Positions 27,486 to 37,700 of a DNA stretch of 64,000 nt are shown here, piece by piece. Origin of the DNA: Thermoplasmata archaeon (GTDB taxonomy: Archaea > Thermoplasmatota > SW-10-69-26 > JACQPN01 > JAJPHT01); NCBI GenBank assembly GCA_034667685.1, contig JAXDQU010000106.1, positions 64,001-128,000 on the forward strand, read 5' to 3'. Position 1 is the stretch's first letter. Each line of letters begins with the position of its first letter. The translations under genes and the position numbers were made by a program. Below the pieces are notes generated by a model. That model was not told the DNA's origin. It saw only the letters and a program-made list of their open reading frames with translations, and made no database searches.

Positions 27486-28493
27486 TCACGGCGAGGGCTT
27501 CTGCTGCTGGAAGCCCAGGAGGACGTTCATGAGGTCCGGCGAGCGGATGCGTTGCGTCATCTCGCGGCGCTCCAGGATCTTCTGCACGTTCTCGAAGAGC
27601 GTCTCGTCGATGACGGGCGGGATCACGTGCGGCTCGGCGCGGACGAACTCGCCCTTCCAGTTGAATCCGCCCGTGTAAGCGCGGTTGCGGAGGATCTTGC
27701 GCAGCAATTGCCGCGAGACGCCGAAGCGGCGGCTCAGGCTGCTGAACTCCTCGTAGGGCTCCTCGACGAGCGAGGCGAAGATGGCGCGCACCTTGGCGGC
27801 CTCGGGCGTCTGGCGCCACACCTTCCGCCGGGAGACGGGGTCGATGGCGGGCTCGTAGCCGTACGGGAGCGAGGTGGTGGGGAAGCGCGCGTCGCGGATC
27901 GCCTGGGTGGCGCGCATGCTCTTGCGGATCTCCTCGAGCTTCTTGCCCTCGTCGCCCCACGTGTTGGCGAACGAGCGCACCTTGCTCATGCTGTCCTCGT
28001 AGTCGAAGAAGCCGCCGTCCTCCAGGATGTGCAGCTCGACCTTGGCGCGGCGCAGGTCGCGGATGGTGCCCATCTTCTCCCAGTAGTCGCGGCCCAGGCG
28101 CGCGCCGTCGCGGGCCACGAGCGCGTCGAACTGCCCGGCCTCCGCGTCGTGGAGGACCTGGCTCATGATGGGGCTCTGGTCGATCTTGAAGCCGCTGTGC
28201 TCGCCGAGGCTGTAGACGCGGTCGATGATGCCGCCGATCTCCTCGGCGTCGGCGCGGCGCGCGCCCGCGACGGCGTCGCCCCAGGCGTAGCGGACGCACT
28301 CCTTGACCTGCTGGGGGATCGAGAGCAGCTTGTCGTCGCTGATGCGCACGAGGACGCGGAAGACCTTCGAGCCGCGGGCCTTGAGCGCGGCGGTCTCTTC
28401 GGGACGGAGGAGGTCGATCACGCGCGGCTCACGGTCGTCGGCGTCCTTCAGGCGCCGGTCGACCTCCGCAAGAAACGCGTCCAGGGTGTGCAT
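27486..28493 (-). CDS. serine recombinase, convergent paralog
   Basis: RISDDKL.SIPQQ, GEHSGF, DGARLGRDYWEKMGT, PYGY, ILRNRAYTG, PPVIDE.LF..VQ. Confidence 0.9.
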   Translation of the reverse strand: MHTLDAFLAEVDRRLKDADDREPRVIDLLRPEETAALKARGSKVFRVLVRISDDKLLSIPQQVKECVRYAWGDAVAGARRADAEEIGGIIDRVYSLGEHSGFKIDQSPIMSQVLHDAEAGQFDALVARDGARLGRDYWEKMGTIRDLRRAKVELHILEDGGFFDYEDSMSKVRSFANTWGDEGKKLEEIRKSMRATQAIRDARFPTTSLPYGYEPAIDPVSRRKVWRQTPEAAKVRAIFASLVEEPYEEFSSLSRRFGVSRQLLRKILRNRAYTGGFNWKGEFVRAEPHVIPPVIDETLFENVQKILERREMTQRIRSPDLMNVLLGFQQQKPSP

Positions 28494-28541
28494 CCGAGGC
28501 TTAACACCCGGAGCGCGATGAAGAAGGTGCCGATGTTGAAA

Positions 28542-29060
28542 TCAGGCGACGCTCTCGGGCCGGCCCGCGAAGAGCGCGGCGAGCCCCCAGCCCAGCGGGA
28601 CGAGGACGTTGCCGAACATGAACGCGAAGACGCCTTCCTGCGCGTCGCCCACGAGCCAGAGGATGCCGGTGACGCAGGCGATGGCGAGGCCGGCGCGCGC
28701 CACGCTCAGCGTCGCCGCGCCGCGCCGGGCGCCGTAGGCCGCGATCGCGAGGCCGAGCGCGGAGCCGAGGGTGGCGAGGGTCACGGGCCCGACGTTGGTG
28801 AGGTGGCCCTGCGCGGCGTAGGCGACGATGTAGCCGACGTGCGCGGCGGCGGCGACGGCGAGGCCGACCGGGCTGGCGGCGTTCTGGCCCTCGGCGTCGG
28901 TGTAGAACCCGAACGCGGCGATGGCGAGGCCGATGCCCGCGACGAGGACCATCAACGCGGGAAAGAGGCCGTGGTCCACGCCCAGGAAGGCGATCGCCCA
29001 TTGGGCTTCGCCCACGCCGGCCAGCGCCAGCGCGATGGCCGTGAGAAGGCCCGTCCGCAT
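28542..29060 (-). CDS. small multi-pass membrane protein
   Basis: About 6 hydrophobic helices. Confidence 0.7.
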   Translation of the reverse strand: MRTGLLTAIALALAGVGEAQWAIAFLGVDHGLFPALMVLVAGIGLAIAAFGFYTDAEGQNAASPVGLAVAAAAHVGYIVAYAAQGHLTNVGPVTLATLGSALGLAIAAYGARRGAATLSVARAGLAIACVTGILWLVGDAQEGVFAFMFGNVLVPLGWGLAALFAGRPESVA

Positions 29061-29100
29061 GGGGGATATCCTTCTCCAGCCCCGCTTAAGCCAACCGGAA

Positions 29101-30420
29101 TTAGCCGAAGGCCGCGGCGGGGCTCTTCATCGCCTCGCGCAGCAGGCACGTGGCGTAGCTTCCCTTCAGCAGGAAGAAGCGGAGCAGGAGGCGCTCGCCG
29201 GCGTCGTCGGCGCCCGCGTCCCACGAGACGGGGCCCAGGGGAGCCAGAAGCTCGCGGCGGGTGCCGAAGCTGGCGACCTCCGGGAGGTGCGGGATGCGGA
29301 AGTCGCGCTGCCGATAGCCCGCCTCGGCGAGGACGTCGCGCTCGATCTCGCCCATGCGCCCTTCCGCCAGGCGCGAGCCGGTGCCCGCGATGGCGCCGGT
29401 GACGAGCGCCGCGCCCTTCGCGCACAGGCGCGCCACGCGCGCGTGGTTGAGCGGCGTGACGGCGTGCAGGCGCTCCTTGTCGGGACGCCCCTCCGCGTCG
29501 AGCCCCACGACGAGATCGCCGGGGCGCGGCTCGTTGAGGCCGATGCCTTCGCCCATGCGGCGGCTCACGATGCGGTTGAACAGGAGGCTCTGCGCGGCGT
29601 AGACGAACATGGTGCGCAGGTTGCTGGGCAGCGACAGGAGCGCGCCCTCGAAGTCGCGCGGGTGGCGCGCGAGGTGCTCCAGCATCGTGCGCTCGAAGCC
29701 CGCGTAGCGCGGGAAGCGCGCGAAGCTGGACTCGGCGTCGCGCGTGGCGTCGTAGTGCGCGCGCGCCTCGCGCAGCTCGTCGGACTCGGCCGGCTGCGGG
29801 TTGCCCACGTAGAGGCGCACGGCCTCCTCCAGGTCGCCCCGGACGATCTGCTCGCCCACGAGGTGCGTCACGGGGCGCACGACGCCGAAGCGCTGCACGC
29901 CGAAGTAGTTGGGGAAGCCCCCCTCGGCCTCGATGCGCGCGAGGATCGCGTGCAGGCTCTCCGCGGCCTCCTTGAGGGGGACGTCCGTCTCGCGCAGCGC
30001 GATGACGAAGCGGTTGCCCACCAGCTCGCCGATCTTGGGCGCGCGGTCCACGCGGCGCGTCTCCAGCACCTCGACGTCCTTGAGGTCCAGCGCGCGCACG
30101 CGCTCCTCGGGGGCGCGGAGGCTGACGTACTGCGTCGTGACGGCGCGCTTGTCCTTCGTTCCGGCGAAGAAGATCGTCTCGCGCGGCACGTTCAGGACGC
30201 GCGCCAGCTCGCCCATGAGGCGGTTGGTCTCCCAGTTGCGCACGCGCAGCGCGGCCACCGTGTACTTGCCCTCCGCCACGGGCGCGGGGAAGGCGAGCGG
30301 GACCTCCTCGACGACGAAGTCCTCGGGGCGGCTCTTCAGCCGGCCGCCGGTGCCGGGCAACGCCGCGGTGAGGTAGCGTTCGAGCCCGAGCGCCTTCTCA
30401 AAATCGCCGGGCTCGATCAT
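29101..30420 (-). CDS. truD: tRNA pseudouridine(13) synthase
   Basis: EDFVVEE, AGTKDKRAVTTQ, GNRF, PNYFGVQRFG, KGSYAT.LLRE. Confidence 0.95.
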   Translation of the reverse strand: MIEPGDFEKALGLERYLTAALPGTGGRLKSRPEDFVVEEVPLAFPAPVAEGKYTVAALRVRNWETNRLMGELARVLNVPRETIFFAGTKDKRAVTTQYVSLRAPEERVRALDLKDVEVLETRRVDRAPKIGELVGNRFVIALRETDVPLKEAAESLHAILARIEAEGGFPNYFGVQRFGVVRPVTHLVGEQIVRGDLEEAVRLYVGNPQPAESDELREARAHYDATRDAESSFARFPRYAGFERTMLEHLARHPRDFEGALLSLPSNLRTMFVYAAQSLLFNRIVSRRMGEGIGLNEPRPGDLVVGLDAEGRPDKERLHAVTPLNHARVARLCAKGAALVTGAIAGTGSRLAEGRMGEIERDVLAEAGYRQRDFRIPHLPEVASFGTRRELLAPLGPVSWDAGADDAGERLLLRFFLLKGSYATCLLREAMKSPAAAFG

Positions 30421-30429
30421 CGCATCGGC

Positions 30430-30708
30430 TCACTGGCCGGACGCGCGGACCAGCAGGGTCTCGAGCTCGTCGAACTGGGCGCGCAGCTCCTTGGCCGCGG
30501 TCTTGAGGGCCGCATCGGGCTTGCCGTTCTTGGTCTCGACGACGAAGAGCGGGTTGTCGAGGTACGGGTGGCCCATGACGTAGGTCGCGGTCTCGACGCT
30601 GGGGTCCTGGAGGAGCTTCTGCTTGAGGAGGTTCAGCAGCGTGTCGTTCTCGCCGATGACCTCGATCTCGAGCTTGTTGGCGGTCTTGTTGCGGAGGCGG
30701 AGTTCCAT
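30430..30708 (-). CDS. rpoL: DNA-directed RNA polymerase subunit Rpo11/L
   Basis: GENDTLLNLL...V..ATY.MGHP; next to csl4. Confidence 0.92.
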   Translation of the reverse strand: MELRLRNKTANKLEIEVIGENDTLLNLLKQKLLQDPSVETATYVMGHPYLDNPLFVVETKNGKPDAALKTAAKELRAQFDELETLLVRASGQ

Positions 30709-30717
30709 GAAGAGACC

Positions 30718-31287
30718 TCAGAGGATGGTGCCGACGCCGAAATCCTCGGCGAGCTTCTTGGTGTCCTTCCAGTCGCACTCGGGGCAGACGACGCCGCGGC
30801 CCTTCCGGGCCATGACGCTGCCGCAGCGCGGGCAGTAGGACTTCAGGACCCCGAGGTTCGGGGCCTTGGTGGTGAGCTGGATGGCGGGATCGGACTCGAT
30901 CACCTTGGCGCGGATGATATCACGGATGCGGAACGCGCTCTCCATGCTCTCGACGTACTGGTCGCTGCTCTTGGAGACGTGGAGCGTGCCGTTGGTGTCG
31001 CCGCCGATGCCGCGGTTGGGGTGGCTGGCCAGCGCCTTGACCTCGACGATCGCCATGCTGGGGCGCGTGGCGTGCACGACGCCGAGCACGATGTCGCCGG
31101 GCTTGACGACGGCGGGCTGCGCGACCAGCGGGTGGACGCGCGCCACGAAGTCCGAGGTGTCCAGCGTGAGCGTGCCGAACGTCGCGGCGTAGACCTCGCC
31201 GTTCTCCTCGTAGGTGCCGGGCCCGGGAACCCATTCCTCGGCGACGCCGACGGAATCCCCGGGGTAGACGAGACGCCGCTCCGCCAT
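30718..31287 (-). CDS. csl4: exosome subunit Csl4
   Basis: VYPGD, GPGTYE, S1 domain, LGVLKSYCPRCG...CPEC; TTTATA box about 30 bp upstream. Confidence 0.93.
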   Translation of the reverse strand: MAERRLVYPGDSVGVAEEWVPGPGTYEENGEVYAATFGTLTLDTSDFVARVHPLVAQPAVVKPGDIVLGVVHATRPSMAIVEVKALASHPNRGIGGDTNGTLHVSKSSDQYVESMESAFRIRDIIRAKVIESDPAIQLTTKAPNLGVLKSYCPRCGSVMARKGRGVVCPECDWKDTKKLAEDFGVGTIL

Positions 31288-31361
31288 GAAAACCTGCGGC
31301 GAGCAAAGGGGCACCCCTATAAAGCCGCTCCGGGCCAAGACTTAGGAACGTGAGTACGGGA

Positions 31362-31459
31362 CTACGGTGACAGAGAACCGAAACGCTCGTCTACGGGCTG
31401 GACTCCCGTAAGCAAGGATTGGTTCTCCGTAGAAGGCATGACTGGCTTACGGGAGAGCC
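31362..31459. ncRNA. putative structured RNA with crossed (pseudoknot or switch) helices
   Basis: CTACG..GAGAACC pairs with GGTTCTCCGTAG; GGCT..CTCCCGTAAGC pairs with GCTTACGGGAGAGCC; the helices interleave; lower GC than the flanks. Confidence 0.45.
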
Positions 31460-32042
31460 GAAGCGCCACGACGTCGACCTCGTGGACGGCCTTCTCGTGG
31501 TGCCGGTACTGATGCCGCAGCGCGAACCGGAGCGCCCAGGCGTGCGTGGGATGGAACCCCGCCGCCTCGGCGTAGGACTCCACGAAGGCGCGCGTCGCCG
31601 CGTTGTGCAGCGTGTAGACGACGGGCGCCGCGCGGAAGGCGGCGTTGAGGAAGACGCGATCCGCGCCCCGCTGCTGCGCGCCGAAAGGCGGGTTCATCAC
31701 GATCGTGTCGGCCGCGCCACGCCACGCCGCGACGTCGGCCTCCACCCACGCGACCCCGGCGCCCAAGCCTTGCGCAGCGCGCCGCGCGACGGCGAGCGCC
31801 TCCGGGTCCACGTCGACGCCCACCGTCTCCGCCGCGCCCAGGAGCGAGGCGCCGATCGCGAGGACGCCCGTGCCGCAGCCCAGATCCGCCACGCGGCGGC
31901 CCGTGATATCACCGAGCGCCAGCGCCTCGTGCAGCAGCGGCGCCGCCAGATCGGCGGGCGTCGCGTACTGCTCCAGGTGCAGCTTCGGCTTCGGATGCGG
32001 TGGCACTTTTGATAGTATGCGCTCAAGATCGCGCAAGCGCAA
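31362..32042 (-). CDS. METTL5-family RNA methyltransferase
   Basis: LEQYATP, DLGCGTG and MNPPFG motifs; about 25-aa atypical C-terminal extension. Confidence 0.9.
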   Translation of the reverse strand: MRLRDLERILSKVPPHPKPKLHLEQYATPADLAAPLLHEALALGDITGRRVADLGCGTGVLAIGASLLGAAETVGVDVDPEALAVARRAAQGLGAGVAWVEADVAAWRGAADTIVMNPPFGAQQRGADRVFLNAAFRAAPVVYTLHNAATRAFVESYAEAAGFHPTHAWALRFALRHQYRHHEKAVHEVDVVALRLSRKPVMPSTENQSLLTGVQPVDERFGSLSP

Positions 32043-32043
32043 T

Positions 32044-32091
32044 CGCTATCACCAAGAAATGATAGCGCGATAGCAATAACAGTTAGCTATC
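32044..32091. promoter_or_regulatory. AT-rich spacer with two adjacent inverted repeats built from GCTATC/GATAGC boxes
   Basis: CGCTATCA-N8-TGATAGCG followed by GATAGC-N11-GCTATC. Confidence 0.55.
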
Positions 32092-32524
32092 ACATGACCT
32101 CGGGTCCGTGGATGGCCCCCTTCTGCTGCGCAGGCTGCTGCGGCGTGAAATTCACCTGCGGAAGCGGGATCGGCGGCGGAAGCTGCAGATCCTTCGCGAT
32201 CCCCACCGCCTGCGGCACGCAAACGCGCATCACCGTGCTGTGGATCTCCGTCGCCGCGTCAGGCGCCATCTGGTTCGTCGTGCGCCACGCCGCCTCGAAA
32301 GCCTTCGCATCGCACGTGAAGTTCATGTTCCCCTCGATCCGGATCACGCCCACCGCCCCATAGGCCGCCGTGTAGCGGAACTCCACGTTGACCTCCTGCG
32401 GCGTGACCTCCTTCACAAGCGTCACCGTCGACGAATGGTCGATCCGGATGTTGGGCAGCCGCTCGTTGGTCTTCGAGTACCGCTTGGCCTCGATCCCAGT
32501 GAGCTCCAGACGCGTGACGGGCAC
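32090..32524 (-). CDS. conserved archaeal hypothetical protein (possibly SecB-like fold)
   Basis: VEFRYTAAY...IRIEG...IAKDLQLPPPIPLP; TATA box about 28 bp upstream of the GTG. Confidence 0.7.
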   Translation of the reverse strand: MPVTRLELTGIEAKRYSKTNERLPNIRIDHSSTVTLVKEVTPQEVNVEFRYTAAYGAVGVIRIEGNMNFTCDAKAFEAAWRTTNQMAPDAATEIHSTVMRVCVPQAVGIAKDLQLPPPIPLPQVNFTPQQPAQQKGAIHGPEVM

Positions 32525-32599
32525 GATGCGGGGGACGCGGCGAGGCCGCCTTATAGGTGACGCCGCCCGACGCGGCACCTGCACGCTCGCCCCGACGCC

Positions 32600-32720
32600 T
32601 GGTCGCGCCAGCCGGCGCCGGGCGCCGCCGCGAAGAACGCTCTAGAGCATTGTTGGGCAAGGTGGCGCAAGGTAGCGCGAGGCGGCGCCGGGTCGGTGCA
32701 GCCAGCGCCGCGTGCCGCAT
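32600..32720. repeat. dispersed TCTAGA-centred element, copy 1, with about 10-bp periodic GC-rich flanks
   Basis: ACGCTCTAGAGCATTGTTG (32637-32655) matches 40971-40989 at 18/19 positions. Confidence 0.6.
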
Positions 32721-32963
32721 GGCGCCACTTTCGGGCACCTCCGTTGCGCATTGCCTTCCTCGGGTGCCGTCGTCGGGTGGTTTGGCGCTTCTCCCGTGGA
32801 GTCCCTGGCGTGCCGTTCTTCGTCGTCGTGTCGCGTGTGTGAGCATGCGCTGGCGGGTGGGGGGTGCGCGTTGGAGGAGGCGGTGGATGTGGCGCTTGCG
32901 CCGCGGCTTCCTGTGGCGGTGCGTGTGGTGGGGCCTTTCGCAGCTTCGTCTTGATTCAGGGAT

Positions 32964-34079
32964 TTAGCCCAGTTTCTTTTTGATGCTGTCGAAGAGGCCT
33001 TTGTTTTTGGGTTCGCGTCCTTCGAGGCGGGCGAGGTCTTCGAAGAGTTTGCGTTCTTCGGGGCTGAGTTTGGCGGGCGTGTAGAGGCGGGCGTGGGCGA
33101 GGAGGTCGCCGCGGCGGTTGCCGTGGAGGCTGGGGAGTCCTTTGCCGCGGAGGCGGAAGGTTTCGCCGGATTGGGTGCCGGGTGGGATGGTGAGGGTGTC
33201 GCGTTTGCCGTCGAGGAGGGGGACTTCGACTTCGTCGCCGAGGGCGGCTTGGCTGAAGGTGAGGGGGATGGGGACGTGGAGGTCGTCGCCTTCGCGGGTG
33301 AAGACGGGGTGGGGTTTGATGCGGACGCGGACGTAGAGGTCGCCGTCGGGGAATCCGTCGGGGCCGGCTTCGCCTTCGCCGCGGAGTCGGAGGGCGCCTC
33401 CGTCGGGGACGCCTTCGGGGAGGTGGATGGTGAGGGTGCGTTGGCGTTGGAGGCGTCCGGCGCCTTTGCAGGCGGGGTCGGGGGTGGCGACGGTCTCGCC
33501 GCGGCCGTTGCATTGGGGGCAGGGGCCGGCGGTCTGGACGAGGCCGAAGGGGGTGCGCATCTGGCGGGCGACTTGGCCGTGTCCTTTGCAGGTGGGGCAG
33601 CGGGTGGGGCGGGTGCCGGGTTTGGCGCCGTTTCCGCCGCAGGTTTCGCAGCGTTCGAGGCGGGCGATGCGCAGCTCTTTTTCGGCGCCTCGGGCGACTT
33701 CTTCGAGCGTCACTTCGACTTGGGTTTGGAGGTCGCGTCCGCCTTGGGGTCCGCCGAAGCCGCCGCCGAAGAGGTTGCGGAGGATGCTTCCCATGTCGAA
33801 GCCCATGTCGCCGAAGTCGGCGCCGCGGAAGATGTCTTCCTGGGTGTAGCGTTCGTCGAATCCGGCGTGGCCGTATTGGTCGTAGGTGCGGCGCTTCTCG
33901 TCGTCGCTGAGGACGGCGTAGGCTTCGCTGATCTCCTTGAAGCGTTCTTCGGCGCCCGGCTCCTTGTTGCGGTCGGGGTGGTATTGGAGGGCGAGCCTGC
34001 GGTAGGCTTTCTTGATGTCGTCGGCGTTGGCGTCCTTCGGCACGCCGAGCAATTCGTAGTAGTCGGCCTTCGTCGCCAT
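32964..34079 (-). CDS. dnaJ: chaperone DnaJ
   Basis: J domain HPD, G/F region, CxxCxGxG repeats. Confidence 0.97.
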   Translation of the reverse strand: MATKADYYELLGVPKDANADDIKKAYRRLALQYHPDRNKEPGAEERFKEISEAYAVLSDDEKRRTYDQYGHAGFDERYTQEDIFRGADFGDMGFDMGSILRNLFGGGFGGPQGGRDLQTQVEVTLEEVARGAEKELRIARLERCETCGGNGAKPGTRPTRCPTCKGHGQVARQMRTPFGLVQTAGPCPQCNGRGETVATPDPACKGAGRLQRQRTLTIHLPEGVPDGGALRLRGEGEAGPDGFPDGDLYVRVRIKPHPVFTREGDDLHVPIPLTFSQAALGDEVEVPLLDGKRDTLTIPPGTQSGETFRLRGKGLPSLHGNRRGDLLAHARLYTPAKLSPEERKLFEDLARLEGREPKNKGLFDSIKKKLG

Positions 34080-34155
34080 GGCGCGCGAGCTTCCCAGCGG
34101 GGCCCTGCGCTTGAACCTAGCTACCCTTTTGGGCCTGGCGCGCGTGCCCGGCCGC

Positions 34156-34524
34156 ATGGGTCTCGTCAAGATCGTCCTGACGCTGGTGGGCGTGCTGATC
34201 CTCGCCGTCGTGGGGCTGGCCGCTTATCTCTATTTCACGGACTATGGCGCGCAGGCCTCGATCACAGGCAAGGGGAGCGACGCGCAGGGCGACTACGTGC
34301 TCGTGACGCCGAAGCTTTGGCCGAGCTATCATCTGACGCAGCGCCTCGACGCCAACACGGCGGCGTTCGTCTGCACGGGCTATCAGGTGACGTTCCACGT
34401 GAACACGCACCACACGCTCGTGTATGACGGGGCGGGGACGCTCGTCTACGACAGCGCGAAGAGCGGCGTCCAGAATCCTGGCGCCGTCGCGCGCTGCGCC
34501 GCCTCGAGCGGTGGAGTTCTGTAG
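34156..34524 (+). CDS. membrane-anchored hypothetical protein
   Basis: N-terminal TM helix, small beta domain, 2 Cys. Confidence 0.65.
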   Translation: MGLVKIVLTLVGVLILAVVGLAAYLYFTDYGAQASITGKGSDAQGDYVLVTPKLWPSYHLTQRLDANTAAFVCTGYQVTFHVNTHHTLVYDGAGTLVYDSAKSGVQNPGAVARCAASSGGVL

Positions 34525-34736
34525 CGCCGGAGCCGAGCGCGCCCCGCGCGCTCGGGCGCAGGCGCCCGCCCGGCGCGGTGTCGCAGGCCCGCGCCGCACG
34601 GCGCGGAGCCGGAGACCGCCCGCGCAGCGGGCGATTCGCGCCGGGCGGAGTTGAGAACTAGAGTTGTCCTCTGTCGCTGCTTGGGTGCACGCAAAAGGCT
34701 TTCAATGCCCGGGGCTACGCGGCGGCGGGGAGCGCC

Positions 34737-37700
34737 GTGCGCCAGCCAGCCGTTTCGAGGATCGCCGTCATCTGGATCTCCGCGCTCACGCTGACGCCCG
34801 TCGTGGGCGGCGCTTGGGCCGATGCCCAGCTTCTCCCCGCGCCGACGGGCTTCTCCGCCGTCGCGCTTTCCCCGAGCGCCATCGCCCTTTCGTGGGACGC
34901 CGTGGACGGCGCGCACTCGTACCACGTCGAGCGTTTCGCGGGCGAGTCGTGGACGCCCGTCGCGGACGTCAACGCGACGAACGTCACCGACGCGGGCCTT
35001 GAGGCCAACACGTCCTACACGTACCACGTCTGCGCGTGGGACGGCTCCGCCTGCGGCGTCGTCTCGGAGAGCGCGAGCGCGACCACGCTCCCCACTCCGC
35101 CGCCCGCCGCGCCCGCCTCCCTCGTCGCCACGCGCGGCTCGGGCAGCGCCTACGCCGACGTCCACCTGGCATGGAGCGCCGTCGAGGGCGCGACCGGCTA
35201 CACGCTCTCGCGCGCCGACGCGGCGAACGAGACCACCCTCGTCTACGCGGGCAACGCCACGGGCTTCGACGACCTCGCGCTCGCCGGCGGCGCGTACGTC
35301 TGGAGCGTCGCCGCGACGTCGGACGCCGGGACCAGCGCGCCCACGGCGAGCAGCTCCCTCGTGGTCCCCGCGGGTCCGCCCGTCACGGACCTGCGCGCGA
35401 CGGGGCTCACGAGCACCTCGCTCTCGCTCGTCTGGGACGCGCCGCAGGGCGCCGCCGGCTTCCTCGTCAACGGCACGCCCGTCGAGGCCGCGCAGCTTGA
35501 CCTCGCGGACCTCGTGGCGTGCGGCTCGTACTCGTTCGACGTCGTCGCGCGGTACGAGGGCGGCGTGAGCGACCCCGTCACGCTCCGCGTCGCGCTGCCA
35601 GGCTGCATGCTCTGGTACGACGCCGCCTCGCCCGCCAACTCGGCCACGCAGCTCGCCGACCTGAGTGCCGCGGGCGACGACGGCGCGCTCCTGAACATGG
35701 CCGCGGGCCCCGCCAACGGCACGCTCGCCTTCGACGGCGTCGACGACCTCGTCGCGGGCGGCGCGCTCTTCCACGCGCCCGACTCCTTCACCGAGGCCGT
35801 CCGCTTCCGCACCACGAGCGCCTCCGGCATCCTCGTCTCGTTCCAGGACTCGCGCGACCTCGCCCCGTCGCGCTTCGACCGGCGCCTCTTCCTCGACGGC
35901 CAGGGGCGCGTCGGGTTCGGCGTCTGGGCGGACGGCGCGCCCGATGACCCGCGCGTGATCCGCAGCGACGCGCGCTTCGACGACGGCCAGTGGCACACCG
36001 CGGTCGCCACGATCGGCGCCACCGGCTCCGACGCGGGCGCGATGCTCTACGTCGACGGCACGCTCGTCAACCAGACCCCGAGCAACGACAAGCAGGTCTA
36101 CGACGGCTACTGGGTCGTGGGCGGCAGCCGCAACACGTACTGGGAGAGCGTCCTCCCGCAGCCCATGTTCCGCGGCGAGATCGCGATGGTGAAGGTCTAC
36201 GACGGCATCGTCCCGCCCGCGCCCGCCGCGCTGGGCCCCGCCACGCACCTCGCCGTCTCGCGCGGCCCCGCGCTGGGCGAGGCGAGCCTGTCCTGGTGGC
36301 CCGCGCCCGGCGCCGAGCGCTACGCGGTCAACCTCACCGGCCCCTCCTTCCCCAACGGCACCGAGGTCGACGCGGGCCCCGCGCGCACGGCCGACTTCCC
36401 GGACCTCCTCGCGGGCGACTACGCGTTCACCGTGCTATCGTTCCAGGGCGACGCCTCGGCCGCGAGCGAGCCCGTCACCGGCCAGCCCGCCACCGCGCCC
36501 GGCGCGCCCGCGAGCGTCACCGCCACGCCGGTCTCGCCTGGCGTGGTCCGCGTCGCGTGGAGCGCGCCCGACGACACGGGCGGCGTGCCCGTCCAGCATT
36601 ACGAGGTCTCCGCGGACGGCGAGCCGCGCACCACCACGCTGGGCACCACGTTCGGCGTCAACCTCGCGGTGCCCGAGGACGGCGCCGTCCACGTCTTCGG
36701 CGTCCGCGCCAACACCAGCGCCGCGGCGGGCCCGGAAGCGCTCGCCAACGCCACCGCCGCCTGGGCGCCCAGCCCCGTCGCCTCGCTCTGGAGCGAGCCG
36801 GGCGCCGAGGTCGGCGAGGTCAACCTCACGTGGCTGGCGCCCGCCACGCACGCCGCGCCCCTCGCGGGCTATCACGTCTGGCGCGACGGCGCCATCGTCG
36901 CCACCACCAACGCCACGCGCTTCGTCGACGCCAACCGCACGCCCGGCGCGCGTTCCTCCTACAACGTCACCGCCGCGAGCGACGCGGGCGAGAGCGCCGC
37001 GGGCCTCACCGTGACCGAGGTCGCGCGCCCCGCGCTCGTGGGCTGCCCGACCAGCACGAGCGTCTCGGTCTACGCCTGCCAGCAGGTGCCCTTCGGGCTC
37101 TACGCGCTGCCGGCCAACGCCTCCTCGCCCACGAGCATGCGGTGCGACGACTGCGTCAGCTCGCCGCTCGCGCTCCCCTTCGCGTTCCCGATGTTCGGGC
37201 GTCTCTACACGCAGGTCAACGTCACGACCAACGGCCTGCTCCTTTTCGGGAGCACCGACTACGGATGGAGCTACTCGCCCGTCGGCATCCCCACCGATGG
37301 CTCGCCCGCCGGCATGATCGCCGGCTACTGGAGCGACCTCGACGGCCGCGCCATCGGCAACGTCCGCTACGCGACGCTCGGCGAGGCGCCCCACCGCCTT
37401 TTCGTAGTCTCGTGGGAGCGCATGGGCGAGTACAGCTGTTACTACCTTCCCTACTGCGGTCCCGGCAACGCCACGTTCCAGGTCGCGCTCCACGAGGACA
37501 GCGGCGCCGTCGAATACCAGATCGCCTTCGCGGCGATGGACCACCACTACGCCACCGTCGGCCTCGAGGATGAGACGGGAACCTACGGCCTGACGATCTT
37601 CCACGGCACCGCGCCTCTCGCGCGCCAGGGCTTCCTCCTGATCCCGCCCAATGCGCCGCCCGTCGGAGCGCCCACCGGCGTCTCCGTCCACGCGACCGCG

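Noticed and set aside
25972-28541. att sites or terminal repeats around the recombinase pair
   Set aside because: Only a 7-bp GCTTAAC match (about 26085 and 28499), too short to be meaningful, so this is not called a mobile element.
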